Shown one piece after another: positions 26,957-46,862 of a DNA stretch of 64,000 nucleotides. The stretch's first letter is position 1. Each line of letters starts with the position of its first letter. The notes under the pieces are model-generated. The model ran no database searches. It saw nothing but the letters and a program-made list of their open reading frames with translations, and had not been told where the DNA came from. Both the position numbers and the translations under genes were made by a program. Source of the stretch: the human T2T-CHM13v2.0 reference genome, Homo sapiens; NCBI RefSeq assembly GCF_009914755.1, contig NC_060941.1; one strand, given 5' to 3'.

Positions 26957-27256
26957 TTTTTTTTTTTTTTTTTTGAGACGGAGTCTCACTCTGTCACCTA
27001 GGCTGGAGTGCAGTGGCGCCATCTCAGCTCACTGCAAGCTCTGACTCCCAGGTTCACTCCATTCTCCTGCCTCAACCTCCAAAGTAGCTGGGACTACAGG
27101 CGCCCGCCACCACGCCTGGCTAATTTTTTTGTATTTTTAGTAGAGACGGAGTTTCACCGTGTTAGCCAGGATGGTCTTGATCTCCTGACCTCATGATCCA
27201 CCTACCTCGGCCTCCCAAAGTGCTGGGATTACAGGTGTGAGCCACCACGCCTGGCC
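26957..27256 (-). mobile_element. AluY with 7-bp TSD (atgattc)
   Basis: AluY-type caccgtgttagccaggatggtct; atgattc at 26950-26956 and 27257-27263. Confidence 0.93.
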
Positions 27257-28064
27257 ATGATTCATCTTTGAATCATAGTTTGGCTGAATCTAGACTTATA
27301 GATTGTCATTCTATCTTAGAACTCTAGAAACTAATGCTGGTGTCTGTCCCTGAGGAGAGTATAATAAAGCTGGTTCCACAAGGTTGAAAAACTGAAAACT
27401 GGATTCAGCCACTACTGCAGGAAGGAACTGCATCTTCCAGCCTTTCAGACTCCCTCTAGCACTCTCCGTTGGCAGAATTTAACATGGAGCCAGAAACATA
27501 GTTTACAGAGTCTCAGGCTCAGCATCATAAAGCTAAGTATAGAACGGTAGGATTGGAGCTGAGAGACAATAACTAAATAGCTGAAAGAGTACCCTTTTGG
27601 CTACTCAGCTACAATCCTTCTGCATGTATTTGAACTTCTATTTATCAAAAAAAAACCTCTGTTTCCACCTAATAAGATGCAACTATTCTTCTTATAAATG
27701 AAGATATTCTTTTTCACCCTCTCCACAGAATGAGGAGAAACAAAGTTCCAACAGTCCATCTCGGGTAGACAGTCATACTATCTCTGAGCTGTGTTAATTA
27801 CTTATCAAATTTAGTTACAGTGCTATCTGAATATTCTGTTACCTAAAGCCTAAATTGTAAAGTTAACATATAACAAAACTAATATTTAAATTAAAAATGG
27901 AAAGAGGGAAAAGAAAATATATACCATGTGCATGTGCGCACACACACTCACACACATATACACATAGACATACATATATACACACACTACATATATATGT
28001 ATTTATGTATTGATTGTTTCCTGGACTCTTTTTGCTGTTAAAAAAATAAGCTGTCTTAATTGGG

Positions 28065-31395
<3,331 letters not shown>

Positions 31396-31446
31396 TAGCT
31401 AAACAAGCTTTTACTATGCTTTGCTCTTCCCCCAGCAGCTCAGGAT

Positions 31447-31448
<2 letters not shown>

Positions 31449-31496
<48 letters not shown>
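31449..31496. repeat. (CA)n microsatellite
   Basis: About 23 uninterrupted CA units. Confidence 0.95.
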
Positions 31497-31498
<2 letters not shown>

Positions 31499-31627
31499 AT
31501 TATATATATACAAACACAGGTACATATATATGATATATAATGTTATATGTAGTTATAATGTTATATGTTAATCATAATTACATATATTATATGTTAATTA
31601 TAATTACATATAATGTTGTATATAATT

Positions 31628-31979
31628 TGATATAGTTTGGCTGTGTCCCCACCCAAATCTCAACCTGAATTGTGTCTCTCAGAATTCCCACATGTTGTGG
31701 GAGGGAACTACAGGGTGGTAATTGAATCATGGGGGCCAGTCTTTCCCATGCTATTCTCATGACAGTGAGTAAGTCTCATGAGATCTGATGGGTTTATCAG
31801 GGGTTTCTGCTTTTGCTTCTTCCTTATTTTCTCTTGCCACCGCCACGTAAAAAGTGCCTTTCACCTCCCGCCATGATTCTGAGGCCTCCCCAGCCATGTG
31901 GAACTGTAAGTTCAATTAAACCTCTTTTTCTTCCCAGTCTCAGGTATGTCTATCAGCAGCATGAAAATGGACTAATACA
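31628..31979 (+). mobile_element. THE1 (THE1A-like) solo LTR
   Basis: tgatatagtttggctgtgtccccacccaaatctc...ggactaataca; 5-bp TSD taatt (31623-31627 / 31980-31984). Confidence 0.92.
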
Positions 31980-32054
31980 TAATTATAATGTCATAATATA
32001 AAATATGACATAATTCTTATATTCTTACCTATGACTATTTCCCTTCCTCTAAAG

Positions 32055-32159
32055 GAGAGCAGATTCATGCTGGGGATGTGAAAAATGTTCTGGAAAACAT
32101 GGGAATAGAGATCACAAATAAGGAGCACAAAAAGCTTCTGAAAACTCTGCCAGTTTCTG
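32055..32159 (+). CDS. EF-hand-repeat exon 8 (105 nt)
   Basis: cctctaaag|GA...TCTG|gtaagc; GEQIHAGDVKNVLENMGIEITNKEHKKLLKTLPVS. Confidence 0.9.
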
Positions 32160-32820
32160 GTAAGCATTTACATGTGTTCTCCTTCACTGATGTCCAAAAA
32201 TATATTCATTCAGCACTTACTGAAGATCATTTTCTGTGTGGCACTATCTAAAACCTGAGAGAACAGGGACCATGTCTGATTCCCCAAGTCCTTACACTCT
32301 TGAAAATTTCAAAGAGGTTGGTTTTAAGGTTTTGTATTAGAAATTCTAATATTTGAAACAGTTGTTCAATTAAAAATATTTTTTAAAAGGCCCAGTCCTA
32401 GCATTTCTAAAAATCCTGTTATTATTATATTGGTTTAGGAAACATGAACCTCTTCAGTCAGAAGTCCTATCATAAGGCAATTTCTTTTGTCCCCCCTAGG
32501 AAAAAGATAAGACTTAAGGTATAAACTGAAAAAAAGTAAGAGCAGAAGGGGTAGAAAAGGTGAAGAAAGAAAAGATGAAGGTAAATTAGAGAGGAGAAAA
32601 CAAGAAAAGAAAGGCTATGTGTAGTTCAGCACGGTAGGGCACCACTAACAATAGTTTGTATTCTATCCAGTGGATAGGTTCACTACACTGAGTTTTCCAA
32701 ATACCTTTCATTTCATTGAGATTAAATTGTAATAAATTTCTAAATTTTCCCTTCCTGTAAGTATATATTTTAATTTTTATGAATCTCTGAAAGCATTATT
32801 AATCATGTTTTATCCTACAG

Positions 32821-32874
32821 CTGATAAAAAGGTGTTTAAGAAAGAATTATTGGATGGTGTGAAATCCTTCAGAG
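32821..32874 (+). CDS. EF-hand-repeat exon 9 (54 nt, type a)
   Basis: atcctacag|CT...AGAG|gtaagt; ADKKVFKKELLDGVKSFR. Confidence 0.88.
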
Positions 32875-33730
32875 GTAAGTGAGGAAAAGGATAAGGACAA
32901 TAATATTTGATATTGTTCTAATTGGTTTTTTCTGATTACATAAATAAGCAGAAAATTATGCATTTTATTCAACAAATATTCAAGTGTCTACTAGATGCTG
33001 GGTATTTGAGAATAATCTGGAATATATATAGTAGCATACAGAAAAAATGTAATTACCCACAATTTCAAGTAATATTACCTTTTCTATTACAGATATCTTT
33101 GATCTTTTTCCTGTGCATATATGTGTATTATTAATTAAACTCTTACTAGAAATGTTACGTATCCTGCATTTAATCCTAAAATTTTAGTGTAATAATTTCA
33201 CCATGTTATTTAAAATTTCTTTGTAAACATCATTTTAATTACTATATCATCTGGTTGTATTATAATTTACTTAATCATTGTTCTCTTGTTGAACATTTAT
33301 TTAGTGTTTTTCTCTTATGTGTCTCTGATCTTCATACATAAATCTTGATCCAACTTTAAAGTCATTTTCTTTGGATATATTCTTCCAGCAGGAATTTGCA
33401 CCTCCATACATAGTATTACCGTCATGCCCTAAACACAGTATATTATTTTTATATTTTTTATTCTTGTTCATTTGATGGATGAAAAAATTGAATTAATTTG
33501 ATGAAAATATTGAATCTAATTATTGTTCTGATTTTTTTGTTATCGATAAAGTTGAAAATATTTTTATATTGGTGATATGTAGCTGTGGTCCCAGCTACTC
33601 AGGAGGCTGAGGCAGGGGGATCACTTGAGCCCAGGAGTTTGAGGCTGCAGTGAGACTGGATGGCAGAGCCAGACCCTGTCTCAAAAAATATATTAAAATA
33701 AAAACAATTTTTAAATCGGCTTTATATTGT

Positions 33731-34085
33731 TGTGTTAGTCCATTTTCATGCTGCTGATAAAGACATATCTGAGACTGGGCAATTTAGAAAAGAAAGAGGT
33801 TTAATGGATTTACAGTTCCATATGGCTGGGGAGGCCTCACAATCATGGCGGAAGGCAAGGAGGAGCAAGTCACACCTTACATGGATGGTGGCAGGCAAAG
33901 AGAGAGAGCTTGTGCAAGGAAACTCCCCGTTATAAAACCATCAGGTCTTGTGAGTCTTATTCACTATCACAAGAACAGCATGAGAAAGACCTGCCCGCAT
34001 GATTCATTACCTCCCACCGGGTCCTTCCCACAACACATGGGAATTCAAGATGAGATTTGAGTGGGGATACAGCCAAACCATATCA
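33731..34085 (-). mobile_element. THE1 (B/C-like) solo LTR
   Basis: tgtgttagtcc...cagccaaaccatatca; 5-bp TSD attgt (33726-33730 / 34086-34090). Confidence 0.92.
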
Positions 34086-34255
34086 ATTGTTTTATATTTA
34101 AATCACAGAATTCTCACAAGGATAGTGGTTGTTTTCTCTTTAATGGAAAAAGAAAGCTTATTTTGAGGATTTTTTCATTCATCAAACATTAGACTGGCAT
34201 AGTGTGGGGAGTGTGGTGGGGGAGGGGCTACAAAAAGCAGAAGATAGTTCTTTAA

Positions 34256-34990
<735 letters not shown>

Positions 34991-36013
34991 TTAAAAATTT
35001 TAAAAACATAAATGAAAAAGGAAAAAATTTTTCAAAAAGAAAATGTTTTTATATCATTACATCTTTTAATCTATTGAAGTCCAAACATTGTTTCTATTAA
35101 TATGAATGACCTCTTTATAGATTAAATATTAGCACATTGTCATACCTATTGTAAATATTTTCTGAATTCGTTATCGGCTTTTTATTTTATTGTATTTTTA
35201 CAACAGCTTTATTGAGATATAGTTCATATACCATACAATTAACCTACTTAAAGTGTATAATTCAATGGGTTTTAGTATACTAACAGAGTTGTGCAGTATC
35301 ACCACAATCAGCTTTAGAATATTTCAGCACTGCAAAAAGAAACTCAATACCCATTAGCAGTCACTACTTATACCCCCCAACTCTCGCAGACCTAGGCAAC
35401 TACAAATCTACTTTTTATCCATTATGTTGTATTTTGATATATGGCCATTTTTCATGTTTATGTATTTAATTTTATCAGTCATTTCTTCTGTGATTGACTT
35501 TTAAGTCCTTTATAAGCTAGCCAGTGTGTGAAGAATCACATATATTTAGTTTTCTTTGTTTTTCTATTATTTCACTTTTTACATTTAATTATTTATCTGA
35601 AATATATATTGACTCTTTATTGACTCTTTTTAAATCCCCATGTTTCAGAATGATTTGATCAAAACTACACCAATAGTTTTCAGTAATTTTCCCCATTAAC
35701 TGGAGTCCTCCTTTATGTACAATTACACTTGGGAGATAATTTATTATTACTGTAGCAAATTTCAAATCTTACTTTTTGACAGAATAACATGATTTGGTTG
35801 TTATCTCTAATTCATCAGAAATGCCAAACTCTTTACTTCTCCTCCCAGTATAAACTTCTTCCAGAAGTTTAATTTTGGAAGCATATTCTGTTCCTGACGC
35901 CCACATGACTTGCTGTAAATAGCTTCTTTCTGCTTTCATTTCTGAGTAGGGGTTGAGAGTATGCATTTTTCATTTTATGACATCCTTATCTACTTTTTCT
36001 TGTTTCTATGAAG

Positions 36014-36118
36014 GAGGGCAGGTTAATGTCAATGACCTAACAAGTGTTCTACAAAACACTGGGTTCAGACTCGAAGCAAAAGAAATCAACGACCTGAAGA
36101 CTCACATGCCAGTGACTG
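36014..36118 (+). CDS. EF-hand-repeat exon 10 (105 nt)
   Basis: ctatgaag|GA...ACTG|gtgagc; GGQVNVNDLTSVLQNTGFRLEAKEINDLKTHMPVT. Confidence 0.87.
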
Positions 36119-36784
36119 GTGAGCATTTAAGACACCTTTATCCTGTAGATAATGACTAGTCTACTGTGAAAGCAAAGAGTAAAGACATGTTGGAGAGAGA
36201 AAAACTGGGGACAGAGATACAATTTAAGATACTGTTAATAAGGTACAGGTGATAAGGGCCTTACCTGGGAACCACACATACATGGGGAAGACTGATTTGA
36301 TGTGGTGGGTGAAAGGGAGGGAGATACTAAAGTGTGCACCAGAAGTTTATCACTTATGTGACTGCCAAAAAACCATTTTTAAGAACAGGGAGAAGGATAG
36401 CAGAGGAAGCAGAATGAAGAAAAATCTTTGAAATATAGTTGAATTGAGGTACTTATAGGACACTCAGTATCAGACAATTGAAAATGCATTCCCTAATTAT
36501 TAGTTATTCATCTTTAAACAAGGTACATCAAACCGTGAGAATCATCACCAGGGTTAAAACAGTGTCTCAGAGTGTCTCTATGAGGACAAGAATACCAAAA
36601 GAATGGAAAGATAGAATAAAGAAATATTTGAGAGATAAAAAATGGAATAAAAGAGTAGGATAAGGAAGAAAGAGATTACAGAAAGAGATGAGGGGAGGGT
36701 AAGAGAAAATAAAAAGTATAAGAAGAGATGAAAAGATATATCCATCAGGATACAGACCAATCTCCTATTTTTGAATTTTTATAT

Positions 36785-39700
36785 ATTTTTTTATTATTTC
36801 AATAGTTTTGGGGGAACAGGTGGTATTTGGTTACATGGATAAGTTATTTAGTGGTAATTTCTGAGATTTTAGTGCACCCATTACCCGAGCAATGTACACT
36901 GCACCCAATGTGTAGCCTTATCCCTCACCCCACTTCTAACCTTCCCCTTGAGTCCCCAGAGTCCATTATATCGTTTGTATGCCTTTGCATCCTTATAGCT
37001 TAGCTCCCACTTATAAATGAGAACATACAATGTTCATTTTTCCATTCCTGAGTTACTTCACTTAGAATAATGGTCTCCAACTCCATCCAAGTTGCTGTGA
37101 ATGCCATTATTTCATCCTTTTTATGGCAGAGTAGTATTCCATGGTATATATATGTACCACATTGTCTTTATCCACTCATTGGTCGATGGGCATTTAAGCT
37201 GGTTCCATATTTTTGCAATTGCAAATTGTGCTGCTATAAACATGCATGTTCATGTGTCTTTTTCATATAATGACTTCTTTTCCTCTGGGTAGATACCCAG
37301 TAGTGGGATTGCTAGATCAAATGGTAGATCTACTTTTAGTTCTTTAAGGAGTTTCCATACTGTTTTCCATAGTGGTTATACTAGTTTACATTCCCACCAG
37401 CAGTGTAAAAGTGTTCCCTTTTTACCACATCCACACCAACATCTATTATTTTTTGATTTTTTAATTATGGCCATTCTTGCAGGAGTAAGGTGGTACCACA
37501 TTGGGGTTTTGATTTGCATTTCCCTGATCATTAGTGATGTTGAGCATTTTTCATACATTTGTTGGCTGTTTGTATGTCTTCTTTTGAAAATTGTCTATTC
37601 ATGTCCTTTGCCCACTTGTTGATGGGATTTGTTTTTTCTTGCTGATTTGTTTGAGTTCCCTGTAGATTGTGGATATTTGTCCTTTGTTGGATGTATAGTT
37701 TGCAAAGATTTTCTCCCACTCTGTGAGTTGTCTGTTTACTCTGCTGATTATTTCTCTTGCTGTGCAGAAGCTTTTTAATTAAGTCACATCTATTTATCTT
37801 TCTTTTCATTGCATTTGTTTTTGAGTTCTTGGCCATAACATCTTTCCCTAAGCCAATGTCTAGAAGAGTTTTTCTGATGTCATCTTCCAGAATTTTTATG
37901 GATTTGGGTCTTAGATTTAAGTCTTTGATTCATCTTGAGTTGATTTTTGAATAAGGTGAGAGATAAGGGCCCAGTTTCATTCTCCCACGTGTAGCTTGCC
38001 AATTTTTACAGCACCATTTGTTGAATAGGGTGTCCTTTCCCCACTTCATGTTTTTTGTTTTTTTGTTTTATTTTGGTTTTTTTGTAGATATGGGGTTTCA
38101 CCATGTTGGCCAGGCTCCTGGCCTCAAGTGATCTGCCCACCTTGGCCTCCCAAAGTGCTGGGATTATAGGCGTGAGCCACCATGCCTGACCTGTTTACGT
38201 TTTTGTTTGTTTTATTGAAGATCTGTTGGCTGTAAGTATTTGGCTTTTTTCTGGGTTCTCTATTCTGTTCCGTGCCTATTTTTATACCAGTACTATGCTG
38301 TTTTGGTGACTATGGCCTTATAGTATAGTTTGAAATCAGGTAATGTGATGCCTCCAGATTTGTTATTTTTGCTTAGTCTTGCTTTGGCTATGTGGACTCA
38401 TTTTTTGTTCCATATGAATTTTAGAATTGTTTTTTCTAGTTCTGTGAAGAATGATGGTGGTATTTTGATGGGAATTCCATTGAATTTGTAGATTGCTTTT
38501 GGCAATGTGGTCATTTTCACAATATTGAATGTACCCATCCATGAGCATGGGATGTGTTTCCATTTGTTTGTGTTGTCTATAATTTCTTTCAGCAGTGTTT
38601 TGTAGTTTTCCTTGTAGAGTTCTTTCACCTCCTTGGTTAGGTATATTCCTAAGTATTTTTTTTTTTTTGCAGCTATTGTAAAAGAGGTTGAGTTCTTAAT
38701 TTGATTCTCAGCTTGGTTACTGTTGGTATACAGGAGAGCTACTGATTTATGTACATTAATTTTGCATCTGGAAACTGCTGAATTATTTTATCAGTTCTAG
38801 CAGCTTTCTGGGGGAGTCTTCAGGGTTTTCTAGGTAGACAATCATGTCATCAGCAAACAGCAACAGTTTAACTTCCTTCTTATCAATTTGGATGCCCTTT
38901 ATTTCTTTCTCTTGTCTGATTGCTCTGGCTAGGACTTGCATTACTATGTTGAACAGAAGTGGTGTGAATGGGCATCCTTATCTTGTTTCAGTTATCAGAG
39001 GGAATGCTTTCAACTTTTCCCCATTTAGTATTATGTTGGCTGCAGGTTTGTCATAGATGGCTTTTATTACATTGAGGTATGTCCCTTGTATGCCAATTTT
39101 GCTGAGAGTTTTAACCATAAAGGGATGCTGGATTTTGTCAAATGCTTTTTCTGCATCTATTAAGATGAGGATGTGATTTTTGTTTTTAATTCTGTTTATG
39201 TGGTGTACCACATTTACTGACTTGCATATGTTAAACCATCACTGCATCCCTGGTATGAAATTCACCTGATCATAGTGGATTATCTTTTTGATATGTTGTT
39301 GGATTCGGTTAGCTAGTATAGTATTTTGTTAAAGATTTTTGCATCTATGTTCATCAGGGATACTGGTCTGTAGTTTTCTTATTTGGTTATGTCTTTTCCT
39401 GGTTTTTGTATTAGGGTGATACCGGCTTCATAGAATGATTTAGGGAGGAATCCCTCTTTATCTTGTGGAATGGTGTCAATAGGATTGGTACCAATTCTTC
39501 TTTGAATTTCTGATAGAATTCAGCTGTGAATCCATCTGGTCCTGGACTTTATTTTCTTGGCAATTTTTTATTATCATTTCAATCTTGCTGCTTGTTACTG
39601 GTCTGTTTAGAGTTTCTGTTTCTTTCTGGCTTAATCTAAGAGGGTTGTGTATTTCCAGAAATTTATCCATCTCCTTTAGGTTTTCTAGTTTATTCATGTA

Positions 39701-41515
39701 AAGGTGTTCATAGTAGCCTTGAATGATCTTTTGTATTTCTGTAGTATCAGTTGTAATATCTCCTATTTTGTTTCTAATTGAGCTTATTTGGATCTTCCCT
39801 CTTCTTTTCTTGGTTAATCTTACTAATGGTCTATCGATTTTATTTATCTTTTCAAAGAACCAGCTTTTTGTTTCGTAATTCTTTTGTATTTTTTTGTTTC
39901 AATTTCATTTAGTTCTGCTCTGATCTTGGTTATTTCTTTTCTTCTGCTGGGTTAGGGTTTGGTTTGTTCTTGTTTCTCTAGTTCCTTGAAGTGTGTCCTT
40001 AGATTGTCTATTTGTGCTCCTTCAGACTTTTTGATGTAGGCATTCAAGGCTATGAACCTTCCTGTTAGCACTGCCTTTTCTGTATCCCAGAGCTTTTGAT
40101 AGGTTGTATCACTATTATCATTCAGCTCAAAGAATTTTTTAATTTCCATCTTGATTACATTGTTAGCCCAACAATCATTCAGGAACAAGTTATTTAATTT
40201 CCATGTATGTGTATCAAACCCCTTTTAGAGTTTATTTCCAATTTTATTCCACTGTGGTGTGAGAGAGTACTTGGCTACTATTTCAGTTTCCTTAAATTTG
40301 TTGAGACTTGTTTTATGCCCTATCATATGTTCAACTTGGAGAATGTTCCATATGCTGATGAATAGAATGTATATTCTGCAGTTGTTGGATAGAATGTTCT
40401 GTAAATATCTGTTAAGTCCATTTGTTCTAGGATACAGTTTAAACCCGTTGTTTCTTTGTTGACTTTCTGTCTTGATGACCTGTCTACTGCTATCAGTGGA
40501 GTATTGAAGTCCCCCATTATTACTGTGTTGCTGTCTGTCTCATTTCTTAGGTCTATTAGTAATTGTTTTATAAATTTGGGAACTTCAGTGTTAGGTGCAT
40601 ATATATTTAGGATTGTGATATTTTCCTGGACAAGTCCTTTTATCATTATATAATGCCCCTCTTTGCCTTTTTTAACTGCTGTTGCTTTAAAGTTTGTTTA
40701 GTGTGATACAAGCATAGCTACTCCTGCTCTGTTTTGGCGTCCATTTGCATGGAATATCTTTTTCCACCCCTTATCTTAAGTTTATGTGAGTCCTTATGTG
40801 TTAAGTGAGTCTCCTGAAGGCAGCAGATACTTGTTTGATGAATTCTTAGCCATTCTGTATCTTTTAAGTGGAGCATTTAGGTCATTCACATTCAACATTA
40901 GTGTTGAGATGTGTGGTACTATTCTGTTCATCGTGCTGCTTTTGCCTGAATATCGTGTGTGGTTTTGTTTGTTTGTTTGTCTGTTTGTTTTTATTGTGTC
41001 ATTGTTTTATAGGTCCTGTGAGATTTATGCTTTAAGGAGGTTCTATTTTGGTGTATATTTTGGTGTATTTTGAGGATTTGTTTCAAGATTTAGAGCTCCT
41101 TTTAGCAGTTCTTGTAGTGCTGGCTTGGTAGTGATGAATTCTCAAAGCATTTGTTTGTCTGAAAAAGACTGTATCTTTCCTTTATTTATGGAGCTTAATT
41201 TCACTGGATACAAAATTATTGGCTGATAGTATACTTTAAGGAGGCTAAAGATAGGGCCCCAATTCCTTCTAGCTCATAGGTTTCTGCTGAGAAATCTGCT
41301 GTTAATCTGATAGGCTTTCCTTTATAGGTCACCTGGTGGTTTTTGCCTCACAGCTCTTAAGATTCTTTCCTTCATCCTAACTTTGGATAACCTGATGACT
41401 GTGTGCCTAGGTGATGACCTTTTTGCAATAAATTTCCCAGGTGTTCTTTGAGCTTCTTGTATTTGAATGTCTGGATCTCTAGCAAGTTCAGGGAAGTTTT
41501 CCTCAATTATTCCCT

Positions 41516-41517
<2 letters not shown>
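36785..41517 (-). mobile_element. L1PB-type element (~4.7 kb; 3' UTR, decayed ORF2, part of ORF1) with an internal Alu monomer (~38075-38195); 5' end missing
   Basis: Many minus-strand ORF2 peptide fragments in the ORF track ([30 protein letters not shown]). Confidence 0.93.
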
Positions 41518-42600
<1,083 letters not shown>

Positions 42601-42662
42601 GCTGGCATCTTCCACTTCTTCAAATTACTTGTTTTTCTTATTCCATCCTCTTAATTCCTAAG

Positions 42663-42767
42663 GAAAAAAAGTCAATGTCAGTAATCTGGAAACTCTTCTA
42701 AATAATATAGAAATCGAAGTTGGGAAAGAGGAATATGAGGACCTACTGAACCATCTGCCAGTTGATG
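42663..42767 (+). CDS. EF-hand-repeat exon 11 (105 nt)
   Basis: ttcctaag|GA...GATG|gtaagt; GKKVNVSNLETLLNNIEIEVGKEEYEDLLNHLPVD. Confidence 0.88.
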
Positions 42768-43405
42768 GTAAGTGTTTCAGATACCACTGTACCTAGGAGA
42801 AACGCAGGGCTTCTGTAGGAAGGCTTCTGAAAGTAAACCTATTTTTTAACCTCTTTGAAAAGCTTATGAAATATTTCAAACATACCTAAAAACAGAGAAT
42901 AACATAACAAACATTGTGTGCCCACTGGCCAGAGTTAACAAATGCTACTATTTTGCCATACTTGCTTCATACATTCTCCTACCTCCCTCCCTGTTTCCTT
43001 CCCTCCCTCCCTTAATTCCTTCCCAAGTAAACCTTTTTATAATAAGACAAAGTTTTATTAATAACTCAGTAAGACCGTTTTAACTAGACAAAACTGTCGG
43101 AGGCAAAGCTAGAATAATTCATTAGGAAGAAATTGCTAAGGAATGAGCCCCTGGCTAAGATTTCCTTATTAGATGGCTCTTCCCCTTCAAAAACAAGCTT
43201 CCATCAGACAGCCAGACAGCACATCTTTCAGTAGAGCCAGCACATGCCAACCCAAAATAAATAATTTTTCTCCCCTAATTCAGGGTTTCTGTTCTCAACT
43301 AGCAATGGGCAGGTGTAACTAAAGTAGGCCACTGCTATCAGCAGACATCTTCCATGCTACCTTCACCTGTAGCTGGCCCTAATATAGAAAACAGTTTTGG
43401 CCTAA

Positions 43406-43624
<219 letters not shown>

Positions 43625-43627
43625 TGA

Positions 43628-44028
<401 letters not shown>

Positions 44029-44921
44029 TGATCTGCATGCCTTGCCCTCCCAAAGTGCTGGGATTACAGGCATGAGCCACCCTGCCCAGCCGTAATTTGT
44101 AGTTTAAAACCTCACGCTCCCTAGGCTTAACAACATTGATAATTATCCATAATTTTGTCTGGCCCTTCCTCCTATCCTGAAAAAAGTCACCATAAATTAC
44201 TTTTTAATTGTAATGTTGTCCCTACATGTTTAGCTAGGGGGTCCTCAAAAATGCTTCCTGCTGGAAAATATTGTTACTGATGAGGTATTTTTTAGAATTC
44301 TTTATTTTTTTTAATGACAATTTTTTTTCTCATCCAATAGTGTGACTATTTCCATACCACTGAATTTTTTCATTTGTTTAGCTAGCACATACTATATGCA
44401 AAATAATGAACTAGAGAGTGGAAAATTTAAACCCAGTAGTATAATAAAATTAAGGCATAATTTCTGCACTCAAGTAGATTACAGTCTTGATGGGTAGAGG
44501 TGGGAACATAAGCAAAATTTGGAGATTAAGAAGATAGCATTCCTTCAAGGTTTAAAGGTTCACTGTTTATGTACATAAGTGACTTCTAGGTTTCAAATTC
44601 AATCATGTCTATTAAAATATGCTCCCCTTATGGGTCCGAAGGAAGAGAAAAGCCTATAGAAGGGATTACTGTTAAACTTGCTTCATCTCAATGTTGAGTC
44701 ATTTGATGCTTTATAGAAAGTGGTATTAATGAAGTAGGTGTTCACTTTAAACTTATGGCTTGATCTTTTTCTACCCTCTGTTTCTTCTTCACTTTGAGTT
44801 AAAAGAGTTACTAGAGAAAATTAGGAGAAATAGCTGAATTCCAACCTTTATATTACAACTTAAATTTTCATGTCAGTTGTCTAAGATTTGGTCTCTATGT
44901 CTGACTTGTCTCGTCTCACAG

Positions 44922-44975
44922 AAAATGAAATGGTTGATGTGAATGTGGTGATGGATGAAGCAAAAGCTTTTACAG
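44922..44975 (+). CDS. EF-hand-repeat exon 12 (54 nt, type b)
   Basis: gtctcacag|AA...ACAG|gtgagt; ENEMVDVNVVMDEAKAFT. Confidence 0.9.
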
Positions 44976-45474
44976 GTGAGTCAGAAGTCATGGTGAGAAG
45001 GGCATTCATTTTTAACTAAGACCTTAATGCTCTATAGAGAAAAAAATGTAAATGTTTTTAAACAGTAGATTTTGGCTGGGCATGTGGGCTCACGGCTGTA
45101 AACCCAGAACTTTGAGAGGCTGAGGCAGGAGGATCACTTGAGACCAGGAGTTCAAGACCAGCCTGAGGCAACAAAGCAATACCATGTCTCTACAAAAAAA
45201 AAAAATTAGGCGGACATGGTGGCATGTGCCTGTAGTCCCAACTACTTGGGAGGCTGAGGCAGCTGAGCCCAGGAGTTTTAGGCTGCAGTGAGCTATGATT
45301 ACCACTGCACTCCTGCCTGGGAGACAGAGCAAAAACCTGTCTCATAAAAAATATATTTAAATAGCAGTTTTCTCTTCAGACTATTACTAACATGCTAAAT
45401 TGACACCCCTACAAATGTAACGGTTAAATGTTTGTTTCATAATCTTACTCTTTGATTTGGGATTTTTCCTGTAG

Positions 45475-45793
<319 letters not shown>

Positions 45794-45890
45794 TGAGCCA
45801 CTGCACCTGGCCGGTAATTTTTTTCATAATTTGAAATCATTATTCTCGTCCTAAAATTCTTATATGTTAACAATTCCCATCTTTCCAAAG

Positions 45891-45995
45891 GAGAAAAAGT
45901 TAATGTCAGTAATCTGGGGAATGAGCTGAGGAAAATGGGGCTCGTACTCACTGATGAGGAGCACGAGAAGCTGCTGAAAACTCTGCCAATTCGCA
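45891..45995 (+). CDS. EF-hand-repeat exon 13 (105 nt)
   Basis: ttccaaag|GA...CGCA|gtgagt; [35 protein letters not shown]. Confidence 0.9.
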
Positions 45996-46112
45996 GTGAG
46001 TATTTACCACATCCTTTGAGACTTGGATTTAGGGGCTTGTGTGTGAAAACTTCTTAAATTATACATGTATATGCCCAGTAAACCTCCTCTAGAAAACACA
46101 GTTATCACACTA

Positions 46113-46432
<320 letters not shown>

Positions 46433-46808
46433 TTATATTTTAATACCGAAAGCTAGCAACATCTTTCACCGGGGGTGTCCCACCATCCGGGCTATATTAT
46501 CCTGTCCCCCTGGGAGCACTGCCTAATCTTATCATGACCGATGAGAAGGAAACCAGGGAAGAAAGAAAAGGAAGGAAAAAGACAGAAATAGGGAAATACT
46601 GTATTTTATTCAACCAGTGGATAGATTTATAACAGGGAAAGTGTTCTTTATCTTTGGTTTCATTCTTAAATGTAACAGAGAAGAAACTTCCAAGCAAATT
46701 GAAAGGGGTTTTTTTCCCTGAAATTATGGATGTTGTGTTGTCTTTGTGCTGATTTTTTTAGTCTTCCCATCATTTAACCCATATTCTGAATTGTGTCTTA
46801 TCTTACAG

Positions 46809-46862
46809 CTAGTGGAAAGGTATATAAGAATAGATTGCTCAAAGGTGTGAAGGCCCTCAACG
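46809..46862 (+). CDS. EF-hand-repeat exon 14 (54 nt, type a)
   Basis: atcttacag|CT...AACG|gtgagt; TSGKVYKNRLLKGVKALN. Confidence 0.88.

Noticed and set aside
35953-36159. ORF-track ORFs 6661-6846 and 35953-36159 as standalone genes
   Set aside because: They are chance read-throughs around exons 3 and 10; only the 54/105-nt cores are supported.
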